From IMG/VR virus record IMGVR_UViG_3300042864_001965: a DNA stretch of 64,000 nt. One strand, given 5' to 3'. Within the stretch, counting starts at the first letter, position 1; the number at the start of each line of letters is the position of its first letter. Source of the stretch: a virus. The notes beneath the pieces are model-generated. The model searched no databases. It saw only the letters and a program-made list of their open reading frames with translations, and was not told the origin of the DNA. The position numbers were made by a program, and so were the translations under genes. Of the stretch, positions 8,261 through 17,800 are shown in pieces.

Positions 8261-8290
8261 AATCTACCATAACCCTGCTAGAAATGTCAA
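8261..8290 (-). promoter_or_regulatory. sigma70-like promoter TTGACA-18-TAGATT for the nuclease gene
   Basis: Minus strand reads TTGACAtttctagcagggttatggTAGATTTAAAT. A near-identical copy lies at 8703..8732. Confidence 0.6.
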
Positions 8291-8299
8291 GTAAGAAGC

Positions 8300-8671
8300 C
8301 TAAAGATTTTTTGAGATACCAGTCTCTACATCAGAACCTATAGCCCAACTTTTGTAAAAGTCAAAGCCAGTAGTATCAATATGAAAGGGAAACTTTAGCG
8401 ATTCCCAACATTCTAATAATCTTGGCACATCAACAATCTGAGACTTATGATTTAATCCTGTTTCAGTAATAATAAACTTTTCAAATACTGTAGGCACGAT
8501 TTCAATGTGAATATAGTTAGTGTCGTCAAATTTATCCGATTTTTTAGCTAATTCAGAAGTAATTTTAACAAGAATTTCTTTTGTAAGCAGTTTTTTCCAC
8601 GCAAAATACTCTTTATTGTAATTACTTGAATCTACATAAGCCACAAATTTGATAATATAATCTGCATTCAT
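8300..8671 (-). CDS. hypothetical protein (123 aa) immediately upstream of the nuclease gene
   Basis: Intact ORF with its own copy of the nuclease promoter; no motif recognised. Confidence 0.5.
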   Translation of the reverse strand: MNADYIIKFVAYVDSSNYNKEYFAWKKLLTKEILVKITSELAKKSDKFDDTNYIHIEIVPTVFEKFIITETGLNHKSQIVDVPRLLECWESLKFPFHIDTTGFDFYKSWAIGSDVETGISKNL

Positions 8672-8702
8672 AAATATTTAAAGTAGTGCTAAACTATATT
8701 TA

Positions 8703-8732
8703 AATCTACCATAAGCCTACTAGAAATGTCAA
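8703..8732 (-). promoter_or_regulatory. second copy of the TTGACA-18-TAGATT promoter
   Basis: Minus strand reads TTGACAtttctagtaggcttatggTAGATTTAAAT, about 30 nt upstream of the ATG at 8671. Confidence 0.55.
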
Positions 8733-8878
8733 GTAAAAATAAAGATATAAATTATTATCCCCTCAACGCCCGTATCTCGCCACTTGAAGAGAAAAAGCTA
8801 AAAAAATACTGTGAAACTTACCATCGGTCAATAACCGATGTAGTCCGGGAATTGATTAGAAGTTTACCCGATGACTAA
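8726..8878 (+). CDS. possible ribbon-helix-helix (CopG/Arc-like) protein, 50 aa
   Basis: Not in the ORF track because it is shorter than 60 aa. MSSKNKDINYYPLNARISPLEEKKLKKYCETYHRSITDVVRELIRSLPDD has a beta-strand then two-helix pattern. It is divergent from, and overlaps, the promoter at 8703..8732. No clear Shine-Dalgarno. Confidence 0.35.
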   Translation: MSSKNKDINYYPLNARISPLEEKKLKKYCETYHRSITDVVRELIRSLPDD

Positions 8879-8910
8879 TACTCAAGAGTGTTGTCGGGAT
8901 AGCTAGTGTT

Positions 8911-8940
8911 AAAAGTGCCAGTTCACAGACCGGCACTTTT
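8911..8940. terminator. bidirectional stem-loop terminator
   Basis: AAAAGTGCC-12 nt-GGCACTTTT lies between the convergent ORFs 8726..8878 and 8945..9691. A- and T-runs flank the stem. Confidence 0.6.
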
Positions 8941-8944
8941 AACT

Positions 8945-9691
8945 TTATTTTCCGATTAACAGTTGACGGTTTCTAGCCTTAGAAAAAAGATGCTTAACTT
9001 CCTTGAGGTTTTCGGTGGGGACATAGGATGCTTGATTAACTCGCAACCCCTGACACACTAAATGAGAGTGTCCATTCTTCTCTAACCAACGCTCTAACTC
9101 TCTTCCAGACTTGAATCCTAGTTCTTTCCCTAACTCAGCAGTAGAACGACCCTCAAAACTCACGTTTCGTCCGTTTTTACAGATAATTGTCTCGGTGACT
9201 TTTTCAACCTTCTCGATCACAATATCTGGACGGCCATCTAACAAGGCTAAAACCTCAGCACCATGTATTAATCGAATTGCGTCACGCCGATCCATGTAGT
9301 AGGTTTTAGCTTTTGTCAGTTCTAACTCAAGTTCTAATTCTCGAATACGTCCACTTTGAGCGGGGATTACTTCTTTGATAAGTTGCTTTGCTTGACTAAA
9401 TGCCTTGACTAAGTTGCGCTTACAAGCAATGACCTGTGAAGTATTTCGAGACAGTGTCATCAAAAAAGTTGCTTGCTCTTCATTCAGGTAGCAGTAACGC
9501 TCAGGACGACCGCCGCTAGAGCCTTCTAGGGGTTTCGACATTTGAAATGCGACAACTCCAAACTCTTGAATCTCGTTAATGTATTTTTCTATGGTTTGAC
9601 GCAAGGCGCGGTGTTCAATCCCCAACTCACCAGCAATCAAACGAGAATCAACGACAAGACAATCATTCTGTGATACTATTTCAATAGCCAT
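8945..9691 (-). CDS. Rha-family phage regulatory protein
   Basis: The N-terminal VVDSRLIAGELGIEHRALRQTIEKYINEI...RPERYCYLNEEQATFLMT fits the phage pRha domain pattern. Confidence 0.6.
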   Translation of the reverse strand: MAIEIVSQNDCLVVDSRLIAGELGIEHRALRQTIEKYINEIQEFGVVAFQMSKPLEGSSGGRPERYCYLNEEQATFLMTLSRNTSQVIACKRNLVKAFSQAKQLIKEVIPAQSGRIRELELELELTKAKTYYMDRRDAIRLIHGAEVLALLDGRPDIVIEKVEKVTETIICKNGRNVSFEGRSTAELGKELGFKSGRELERWLEKNGHSHLVCQGLRVNQASYVPTENLKEVKHLFSKARNRQLLIGK

Positions 9692-9719
9692 ATTGGCCTC
9701 CTATTCAGGTAATGTGGTT

Positions 9720-9744
9720 AGTCCCCCGTTGGTACCGGGGGCAT
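9720..9744 (-). promoter_or_regulatory. conserved leader hairpin (copy A)
   Basis: Minus strand reads ATGCCCCCGgtaccaaCGGGGGACTAACC directly downstream of the -10 box. Homologous hairpins lie at 29764 and 43212. Confidence 0.6.
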
Positions 9745-9751
9745 TGCTACA

Positions 9752-9781
9752 ATTGTACCATTTCAAATAGTTGCTTGACAA
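9752..9781 (-). promoter_or_regulatory. sigma70-like promoter TTGTCA-18-TACAAT for the Rha gene
   Basis: Read on the minus strand: TTGTCAagcaactatttgaaatggTACAAT. Confidence 0.55.
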
Positions 9782-9809
9782 TTCTAGTCAGTAGGAAGAA
9801 ATAGTCAGG

Positions 9810-9842
9810 GAAAGGGGATTAAGATAATCCCCTTTCTTTTTT
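9810..9842 (+). terminator. stem-loop followed by a T-run (terminator-like)
   Basis: GAAAGGGGATTA-aga-TAATCCCCTTTC followed by TTTTTT. Which plus-strand transcript it would stop is unclear. Confidence 0.4.
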
Positions 9843-9881
9843 AGTGTCCTATGCTGGCAGTCATTGTTAGTTTGTAGTTAA

Positions 9882-9905
9882 ATTGTAGATATTGTTATTA
9901 ACAAT
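9882..9905. repeat. palindrome-family member (ATTGTAGATA-TT-GTTATTAACAAT)
   Basis: Read directly; imperfect copy. Confidence 0.7.
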
Positions 9906-10085
9906 AAAACCCTTACAGGGATTAGCTTTTACGCTTTGTTAATACTGTTAACGCTATTCCCCGATATTATTTTTTTACACTCTTACTGCTGAGGCTGTCT
10001 TGCCCCTTTACCCTATTTTCTTTTTTTCTCTATACGACATCAACGACATCGACAAAGCCTGAAACCTAGACAGGGCAAAGATTTC

Positions 10086-10111
10086 GATTGTTAATAACCC
10101 TATCTACAATC
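10086..10111. repeat. palindrome-family member GATTGTTAATAA-CC-CTATCTACAATC
   Basis: Read directly. It is preceded by GAAACCTAGACAGGGCAAAG, as in the copy at 25..50. Confidence 0.8.
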
Positions 10112-10126
10112 GAATTACTTGCGAAC

Positions 10127-10549
10127 TCAAACCCGACAATTCCGCATCAGAGCAGTGAAGCCCGCTTGGGCAAAATGTTTGTCAAAAGCGAGTGCTTCTG
10201 TGATTCCATTTTCTTCCATTATTTTGAAAGATACGCAATTTGTATGACTCCATGCTTTGTCTTTACGCTGTTGATATAGTCTTAATCCTTGTTCAAATTG
10301 CTCACTGGTTTGGGGAACAATACGAACATTGGGGTTAGAACGCAAATTTTTAGTTAGCTCTATGGCTAAGTCACGGAAATACTCACCACGTTTAGAAAAG
10401 TCGTTTAAAACTTCGATAAGGACGGCTTCACTGGTGACAATATAGACGGGATGCAATGTTTTTGATAGCTAAACAGCTTTTTTATGCAAATTATCACTGG
10501 GGTTAAGTAGGGCAACCCAATAACCTGTATCGGCGAAAACGACTCTCAC
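10127..10549 (-). pseudogene. PIN-domain (VapC-like) toxin gene with in-frame TAG (10469-10471)
   Basis: A GTG overlapping the antitoxin stop (TAGTG) opens MRVVFADTGYWVALLNPSDNLHKKAV-TAG-LSKTLHPVYIVTSEAVLIEVLND...FDKHFAQAGF, all in one frame (140 codons). The usual third acidic residue appears as N (SHTNC). Confidence 0.6.
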
Positions 10550-10731
10550 TAACTATCCTGTTGCTGTTGATAATGGTCAAAGTTTTGGGCTAAGTCTTTT
10601 GGTAGTTTTGCCCATTCTTCATTGGGAATTTTGGCAGAAAGTCGGGCGGCTAATTCCCAGATTGGTTCTGCATTATAGTCAAATTTAATATTTGCTAAGG
10701 AGAAGCTTTCGATAGGTGTTTGATTATTCAT
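10549..10731 (-). CDS. putative antitoxin partner of the PIN gene (60 aa)
   Basis: Small ORF whose stop overlaps the PIN start; call rests on position only. Confidence 0.4.
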   Translation of the reverse strand: MNNQTPIESFSLANIKFDYNAEPIWELAARLSAKIPNEEWAKLPKDLAQNFDHYQQQQDS

Positions 10732-10849
10732 AGGTGTATTTGATTTAGAAGAAATTAGTTTTTCTAATTTAAAAATTGCTTCTTGTTCGTTACGCCAAGC
10801 TCGATCGCGTAGTTGGTTGGCTTTGAGAACTAGATCGCCAATTTCATTT

Positions 10850-10942
10850 CTAAGCTAAACGGCTTTTACTTCGGATCACCGATATAGACTCCAAAAGGGT
10901 TATAGCTATTGGATCATGCAGGTTAAGCGCCGTTTAGCTTAG
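10850..10942. repeat. 14-bp perfect inverted repeat CTAAGCTAAACGGC ... GCCGTTTAGCTTAG flanking 65 bp
   Basis: Read directly. A related string, GCTGTTTAGCTA, surrounds the TAG that interrupts the PIN gene. Confidence 0.7.
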
Positions 10943-11047
10943 TAGCTGGCTCAGGTAATGGGATATGAACAGAAGCAAGCATTTCTCGATCTCTGTGAAC
11001 CAAAAATCCCCGTCTCTTTAGAGCGGGGAGTGTCAAAATCTAACTTC

Positions 11048-11356
11048 TTACGGTATGGACTCTCGGTTACGCAGGAAAAACTCTGGACATCTTTTTTTAG
11101 CATTGACAAGGATTTGCTTTATTGTTTCGTTGTTAAAGTAATCACGCCAAATATTAATTAGTTCGTCCTGTGACCTCGAACTACTGTTCTGTTCAACAGC
11201 ATATCTGATCGCTCCCATAGTTTCTCCCAGTGTCAGTCCAGACTTAAGATACTGGCAAGTTCTTTCCTCAAGTATCTCTTGAGTCTGATTATCGAGGGAC
11301 AGTGCCACGGTAGGCAACACTCCCAAAAACAATAAACTTAAAATAATCTTTTTCAT
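11048..11356 (-). CDS. small secreted protein or lipoprotein candidate (102 aa)
   Basis: N-terminal signal-like MKKIILSLLFLGVLPTVALS. Confidence 0.45.
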   Translation of the reverse strand: MKKIILSLLFLGVLPTVALSLDNQTQEILEERTCQYLKSGLTLGETMGAIRYAVEQNSSSRSQDELINIWRDYFNNETIKQILVNAKKRCPEFFLRNRESIP

Positions 11357-11377
11357 CGGGATTAAGGTAGCTTTCTA

Positions 11378-11809
11378 TTATTTTACCACTCCTAAAGTAA
11401 GTACTCGATAAATTAGTGCAGGCGGGTATTCATGAATATAGGTCTTCATCACGCCATTTATTGAATCAGCATGGATGTACTCACTATCTCCCAGATAAAT
11501 CCCCACATGACCATTTACTCCTGACTTACGAAACATCAAAATATCTCCTTTACACAAATCACCTTCAACTCTATCTAGTAACCGATCAAGGAATTTGACT
11601 AAGAAGTTATTCCGGGGAATCCGTTCGTAGTTTTCAATAATGAAATTATGGGGCAAGAATCCGACTTTAATCCCTACGCCAGCAATAAATCCTACACAAT
11701 CGGTTCCAATCCCTTTAAGCGATTGACCATGAAACCAAGGAGTACCGAGCCATTCAAGAGCTTCGGTAACAATTTGATTACCCAAAGAATCGTTTTTTAG
11801 TTCGTTCAT
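11378..11809 (-). CDS. NlpC/P60-family tail-associated peptidase (lambda K-like)
   Basis: Catalytic Cys context GTDCVGF and GHVGIYLGDSEYIHAD His motifs. It lies immediately downstream of the tape measure gene. Confidence 0.75.
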   Translation of the reverse strand: MNELKNDSLGNQIVTEALEWLGTPWFHGQSLKGIGTDCVGFIAGVGIKVGFLPHNFIIENYERIPRNNFLVKFLDRLLDRVEGDLCKGDILMFRKSGVNGHVGIYLGDSEYIHADSINGVMKTYIHEYPPALIYRVLTLGVVK

Positions 11810-14800
11810 TTTGTGTATTTTCCCGTTCTTTCAATTGATTCAAACTATAACCCATATCATTCCGTGATTCTACAGTCACGTTATTGGTGCTATTAATTAC
11901 CAAAGACTGATTAGAGCTATTGTTATTTGAGGTTGTGGAGTAATTAGGCTTACCCCCGACAAATCCTCCATTAGCATAGTTCTTAATAGGAGCATTATTT
12001 CTGTACTCTAGATATGCTTCTGTTTCTTTAGGGTTAAGAACCAATTCGTCTTCATTGGCTACGATTAATCGAGGTTTTCGGCCTCCCGACATTGCTCGTT
12101 CGCGCTGAAAAGCTGAAATGATATTTTTCTCTATCGGAGCATTGGCATCCCCAACTTTCCCACCATCACTAAATAGGCTGAATCCTGTACCTAGAGAAAA
12201 AGCAGAAGCCGGAGCAGAAGCAAAGCTAGAGGCTCCTATACTACCAAGTAATCCAATCGAACCAAGTCCCCCAAGCCCTCCACTAAAAATCCCTGTTATT
12301 CCGCTAAGCAAGCCATTAAATAAGCCACCGCCGCCACCTCCCCCAAAGATAGAGGAAAAGATGTTACCTACTGGTTTAAAAATGCTACTGAGGGCATTAG
12401 TGAAAAAGTTACCTACTGGCCCGATGATTGCATTAAATACTGACTCAAATGCCTGAGTTATTGGTTTAGTAAAACCATCGATAGCAGAAGTTAAAGCATC
12501 GATAGCAGGCCTAGTGATACCTTCGACAAATTTAGTTGCAATATTTAATCCAAGACTACTAAAAGCCGATCCTATTCCTTTTCCTTCTCTAATATCAGAG
12601 AAAAAGCTTTCAGCTGCGCCGCGATTTGGAGAGGCATCTAATGCTACTCGCTCTAATCTTAATTCTGCAAGTTTTTCCCATTCTGATCGGATATTAGCTA
12701 CAAAATCAGCGTACTGTGGTAAGTCTTTGTAAGGCTCTAAATAATCTTCTAGTTCCTCTTTTTCTTTTTGTAGGCTAATACGTTCGGCAAGGATAGCAGA
12801 ATCATCAAATAAAGTCGGTCGGGATTGATTCTCTAATTTCATTCTTTGAACAGTTAAATCATTTAACCGATCACGAATACTCCTGACTGTATCTCTGGTT
12901 TTTCTAAATGATGCTTCTAAGCTGGCTACTCCCTGATTCTTGCCTAATTGTTCAATCGCTTGATCAAGAATTGCTACCTGTTCTTTAGCTAATTCAGCGC
13001 GTTTAGCTAAAGCATCAATACTATCTGTCATTTCTTTGAGAAATTCAGGGGGGAGAGCTATACCTTTTCTTTGAAATTCTCCTAAGATTTCTTTTATCGC
13101 GTCGCTGTATTTTTGTTGAGCCTCAGCATTTAAAAGTAAAGTCCGTCGCTGGTCTTCTAGTGATTCAATCTGAGAGCGATATTGTCGAGAGACTTCTGTA
13201 GCACTCTTATTAATTTCTTCTTGTACTGTCAGATACCCTTTAGAGTTGATAGTCAAATCAGCGACATTCTCGGAAGCATCTCTTAAAGTACGTTCTAATG
13301 CACGGGCATCTTCCTCTTGCTGCCGTCTAAATTTCATTGATCTGTCAAGAGCATTGTTTAGATTTTGTTGCTCTTCTAGTTGTCTTAAGAACTCCTCAGC
13401 GTTTTGATTGGCTATTTCAGCTTTGCGATTTTGATCAGCCGCTGCGCCAAGATTACCTGTAGGAAGATTAGGAACGGGCGGTAAATTAGGACTCTGGAAG
13501 TTAATCGGATTGTCTTTAAGAACCGGTGGTAAATCGGCATCCCAGAAATTATCTTGATTTTGATTAGGTAGAGTCGGTAATTGGGCTATAGGTGGAGGAC
13601 TACTAAATTCTGGACCACCTTTTCCTTCTTTTGTTTCTTCTTTTGTTAAAACACGGGCAGGAGAAGGATTAGGGGTGGAGTCTTTAATGGATTGGCTAAT
13701 TGCATTAGTAGCATTAGTTATTATTTTTCGATTATTTAGTTGATTGCCGTTAATGTTTGCATAAGCAGTTACAATATATTCTTTCCCATTAATGTTTACC
13801 AGTCCAACATTACCAATAACTTTAGAGTTATTTCCAATTTTTCCGCCGATTTCATTATTATACTTAAAATTTCTTGTTTGTCTCAGAGATTGTTCAGCTA
13901 ATTGACTTGCAGGATTTTGATTTTTAATTAAAGACTGCATAGCTGACGTTACGTCTTGTGCTGTTGAAATGTTTGGAGTTCCACTGCCTGGTATATTTAA
14001 ATACCTAGAAATAGTAGTGTTTTTATAACCTTCTTTTCTGGCTAATTCTGTAGCTTTGGTTAGCCCACCTAGCCGATCAATTAAAACATTAGTTGCCGTA
14101 TTATCTGACTTTTCTAGCATTAACTGTACTAGCTGTTCAACTGTTTTAACTTGATTGGCTTTTAATTGTCCGTGTGGATCAACCAAAGGCAATTTTATGG
14201 CGATAGCATCTTTTAAGGAAAGTTTTCCGCTTGTTATTTCTTTGGCAATCAAATCAGCAATAATAACTTTAATTGTACTAGCTGGTGACGCTGGGGGTGT
14301 TTGAGCGTTTTTAGAATATACAGTTTTTCCGCCAACTTCTTGAACTAAAACAGATTGAATATTTTTTGGTAATCTGTTGGTGATTTGTTGCTGAACTGAT
14401 GGAGAAGGGTTAGGGGTGGAAGTTGATGGAGTGGGTAAACCGCCTTGATTTCTTCTGATTTGTCGAATACGGTTTGATGCTCCGCTGTTAGCAGGATTGC
14501 CGTCATATCGCAGTGCGTCTAGTTCGGATTGAGTACGAGGGGCATTTGGTTGGTATTTTCGTAAAGACTGATCGTAAACCTTTAACAGGTCTTCCATCCG
14601 TTTCATGCCTTGCCCTGGGTAATTAGCCCCTGGGAAAGATGCCCATTCTTTGCGGGTTGCGTTAATTGCCCCACGAATATCTCCCTTAAGAAGCTCGTCT
14701 AATCCACCTCTCATTAGAATACGGCTTAATGCGACTAAATCTTGAGAGACAGGAGAAAAATCTTTTAATCCTAATTTTGCTTTTTCTTCATTCCATGTAA

Positions 14801-17800
14801 AATCCATGATCTGGTATCTTCCAGATGCCGATGAACTGGTTGATCCAAACGGAATTCTTTGGCGTGGATGGTCTGCGAAAGAACTAAATTGTCCATGGCC
14901 AAAAAGGGTGTTATATCCCTGATTTGGCATCTTGGCAGTACCTTCTGCGTAAGCAATAACATCAAGAAAGGCCTTGACGCGAGGATTGTTTAAATGCTGA
15001 GATAATTCTTGACCGCGTGGTGTTAACCCTTTGGAAATTGAAGACGACTGTGGCGGTGGCGGCGGTAAAAACCCTCCCCCATTCCACACAGGAGCAGGGG
15101 TGAAATTACTAGGTGCTGGTAGTATCAAACCTTCCTTAGCTTTTCTAATTCCCTCCGCAGTTTCTTCTATACTTTTTATTAAGTCTTCTCCAGAGGTCTT
15201 AATATTTGGGGGAATAGCCACTAACTCAGAATTGATTAATTTAATTGGTTCTGGAAGTGTATTAAGATTTGTGACAATATCCTTGATTGATTGGGGAATA
15301 AAGCCTAATTCTTTATTGGTTTGTCGGATTAAGTCAGCTAAGGTGCGATTAAGGTTTTCTTGAGTCCGTTTAATATCCTCAATCGTTCTTAGTCGGCTTC
15401 TTTCAGCGTCTTGCTGTTGCTCTTGTAAGTTACGAATATTTCTTAGAGTAGAGATATAGGAAGTTTCTATCTCCTCGGTTCGGGATTGGAAGGTGCGACC
15501 GCGACTGGCAAGGTCAGCTTGTCCCTGGACAAATTCTAGGAAAATGTCACCTAATTCTTTACCAGCGTCGCTTGTACCGGGTATTAATAAACGGTTTTTA
15601 ACTTGCTGTACCCTGATTCTATCGGTCGCATCCAGTAGCTGATTTTGGGCATTTAAGAGGTTCTTATCGAGTTCCCTGACTAAATCAGTGTAACTTTCAG
15701 ATAGAGAACGATTTCCTCTAAAAGCTGACAGTTGAGCATCTTCAATCTGTCTTCTATAATCTTCAATCTGACGATTAAAGTCGATTATCTGACGGCCAAG
15801 GTTGCGGTAATAGTCTTGTAGTGATGTTTGTTGCTGTAATAGGTTAGCGCGGGCTTGTTCTAGGGCTAATCGGGTATTATCAACCTCTTGCTGAATCACA
15901 TTAGGGTCGTCTGACGCACTTTCTAATCGACGATAAGCCTCTCCTAATAATCTCTCTTGGTTGCGAACTTCTGATAAGGCATCCCGATAGGAAGCGGCTG
16001 TCCCCCCAAAGGGTAATTGCCTTAAAGTAGCAATTCTCTCGTTGACATTGTCGCCGACTATGGATGCTTGTCTGGCATTTCTTGCACGCTCTCGTCTAGC
16101 GTTAGCAATTTCTAGTTCTGTATCAACAATTGATTTATCAATAGTTAAAGTTTGTCGTCTAATAGATGCTTGCTGTTTAGCTGTTTCTAATACCTGGTTT
16201 AATTCAAAAGGCGCTTGATCTCCCAACTGCTGTAACCGATCACCTATAGCTTCTGGTGACACACTTCCCTGCTGTAATGCCGTTCTAAAATCTATTCCAT
16301 TTAATTCAGGCATTAACTCAGTTATTCGCTGATTAATCTGATCTGTTAGAGTGTTTTGTAATTCTTTTTCTTTAGTTGCCAGTAATCCATTAAGCGAATT
16401 AAACTGATCCTTGACAATAGATAGGCTCTGTTCTCTAACGGTCAAGTCTATTTCAAACGGCTTCAGGTTCCCAGATAAAACTTGTCGTTTAATATCTGTT
16501 TCAGACAAAATAGTTCGACCACTAGAGACAAATTCAATATTAGATAAAGCTCTTGCTACTTTATTTATTTGTTCTGTTAATCGTTGATAGTTGACTAAAT
16601 TCTCTTTGACTGCTTCGTTATATTTTTCTTGCGATTCTTTTAATTTTCTAAGTTGAACTTCAGTAATTTCTAGCTGGATACTAGCATTATCTTTTTGGGA
16701 ATTAGAAGACTCTGGATCGTCTAAAACTTTTTTAATTGCTGTAATTCTTTCTTCTGTAGATGCTATCTCATTAACAATAAGCCCAATTTGAGGAAAGTAT
16801 TTTTCCGTTAAAGCTTGTATTTCTTGGTTTACTTTCGCAATTTCTTGACGAACAGATGTAGCTTTTTTAACGTCAGCATCTCCACTAGCTATGATTTCAT
16901 CTATCTTGAGGTCTTTCGTTTTTTGCCGCAATGTGTCAAGTTTACCCGTAAATTCGGTAATCTTTGTATCACTAAATGTGTCAGTTGATAATTTTAAGAT
17001 TTGTGTTGTATCACTTAGTCCCCCCGCAGCAAACTCTAAACTTTTATCTCTTTCTCTGTTGTTTTTAAATTGCTGAATTGCGGTTGCACTATCAGTTATA
17101 ACAGTAGAAGCTTTAGGTATAGGTAAAGGTTTTTCTAGTAATCGTCTCAATTCTTGTAACGATTCTTGAGTTGATTTAAGGGATCGTTTAGACTCTTCGG
17201 AGCCTGCGTTGATGTATTGATAAAGCCCTTTAAAAGCTTCCATTACACCAAAGACTAAAGCAGTCCATCCTAGCCCTTTAACAAATCCTATACCTATTTG
17301 TGCAATTGATGCTTTTGTAGATGCTGCGGTAACTCCTAGTGCTTTTAGCCCTAACTTTAAAAGACCAAGCCTGTGTAACATTTGAACAAATACACCCGAT
17401 ACGACAATCCCCATCGAAACAAAAGTAGCTACAATTTTATCTCCATGATCCTCTAAAGTCCTAAGTCCATTGATAACTGTAGGTATCCCTAATTTAGCCA
17501 CTTCTAATAAAGGTTTTCCCATTTCTATGCGAAGCAAGTTTAATTGATTTTCAAGTTTTGCAACTTGAGCAAAAGCCGTGTCATTAATTACATTAATCCC
17601 TCCTGCTGATTCTAAAGTAGTTTGAGTTGCAAATTTCGACAAAAATTCATCTGATGCTACTGATCCAGACTCAATTAATTTAATAAATTCTTGAGACGTT
17701 ACACCATAAGCTCTAGAGGCAATCTGTAACGCGCCTGGCATTGCTTCACCTAACTGAGAGTTAAGTTCTTCCATTGAAACACGACCTTTACTAGCTATTT

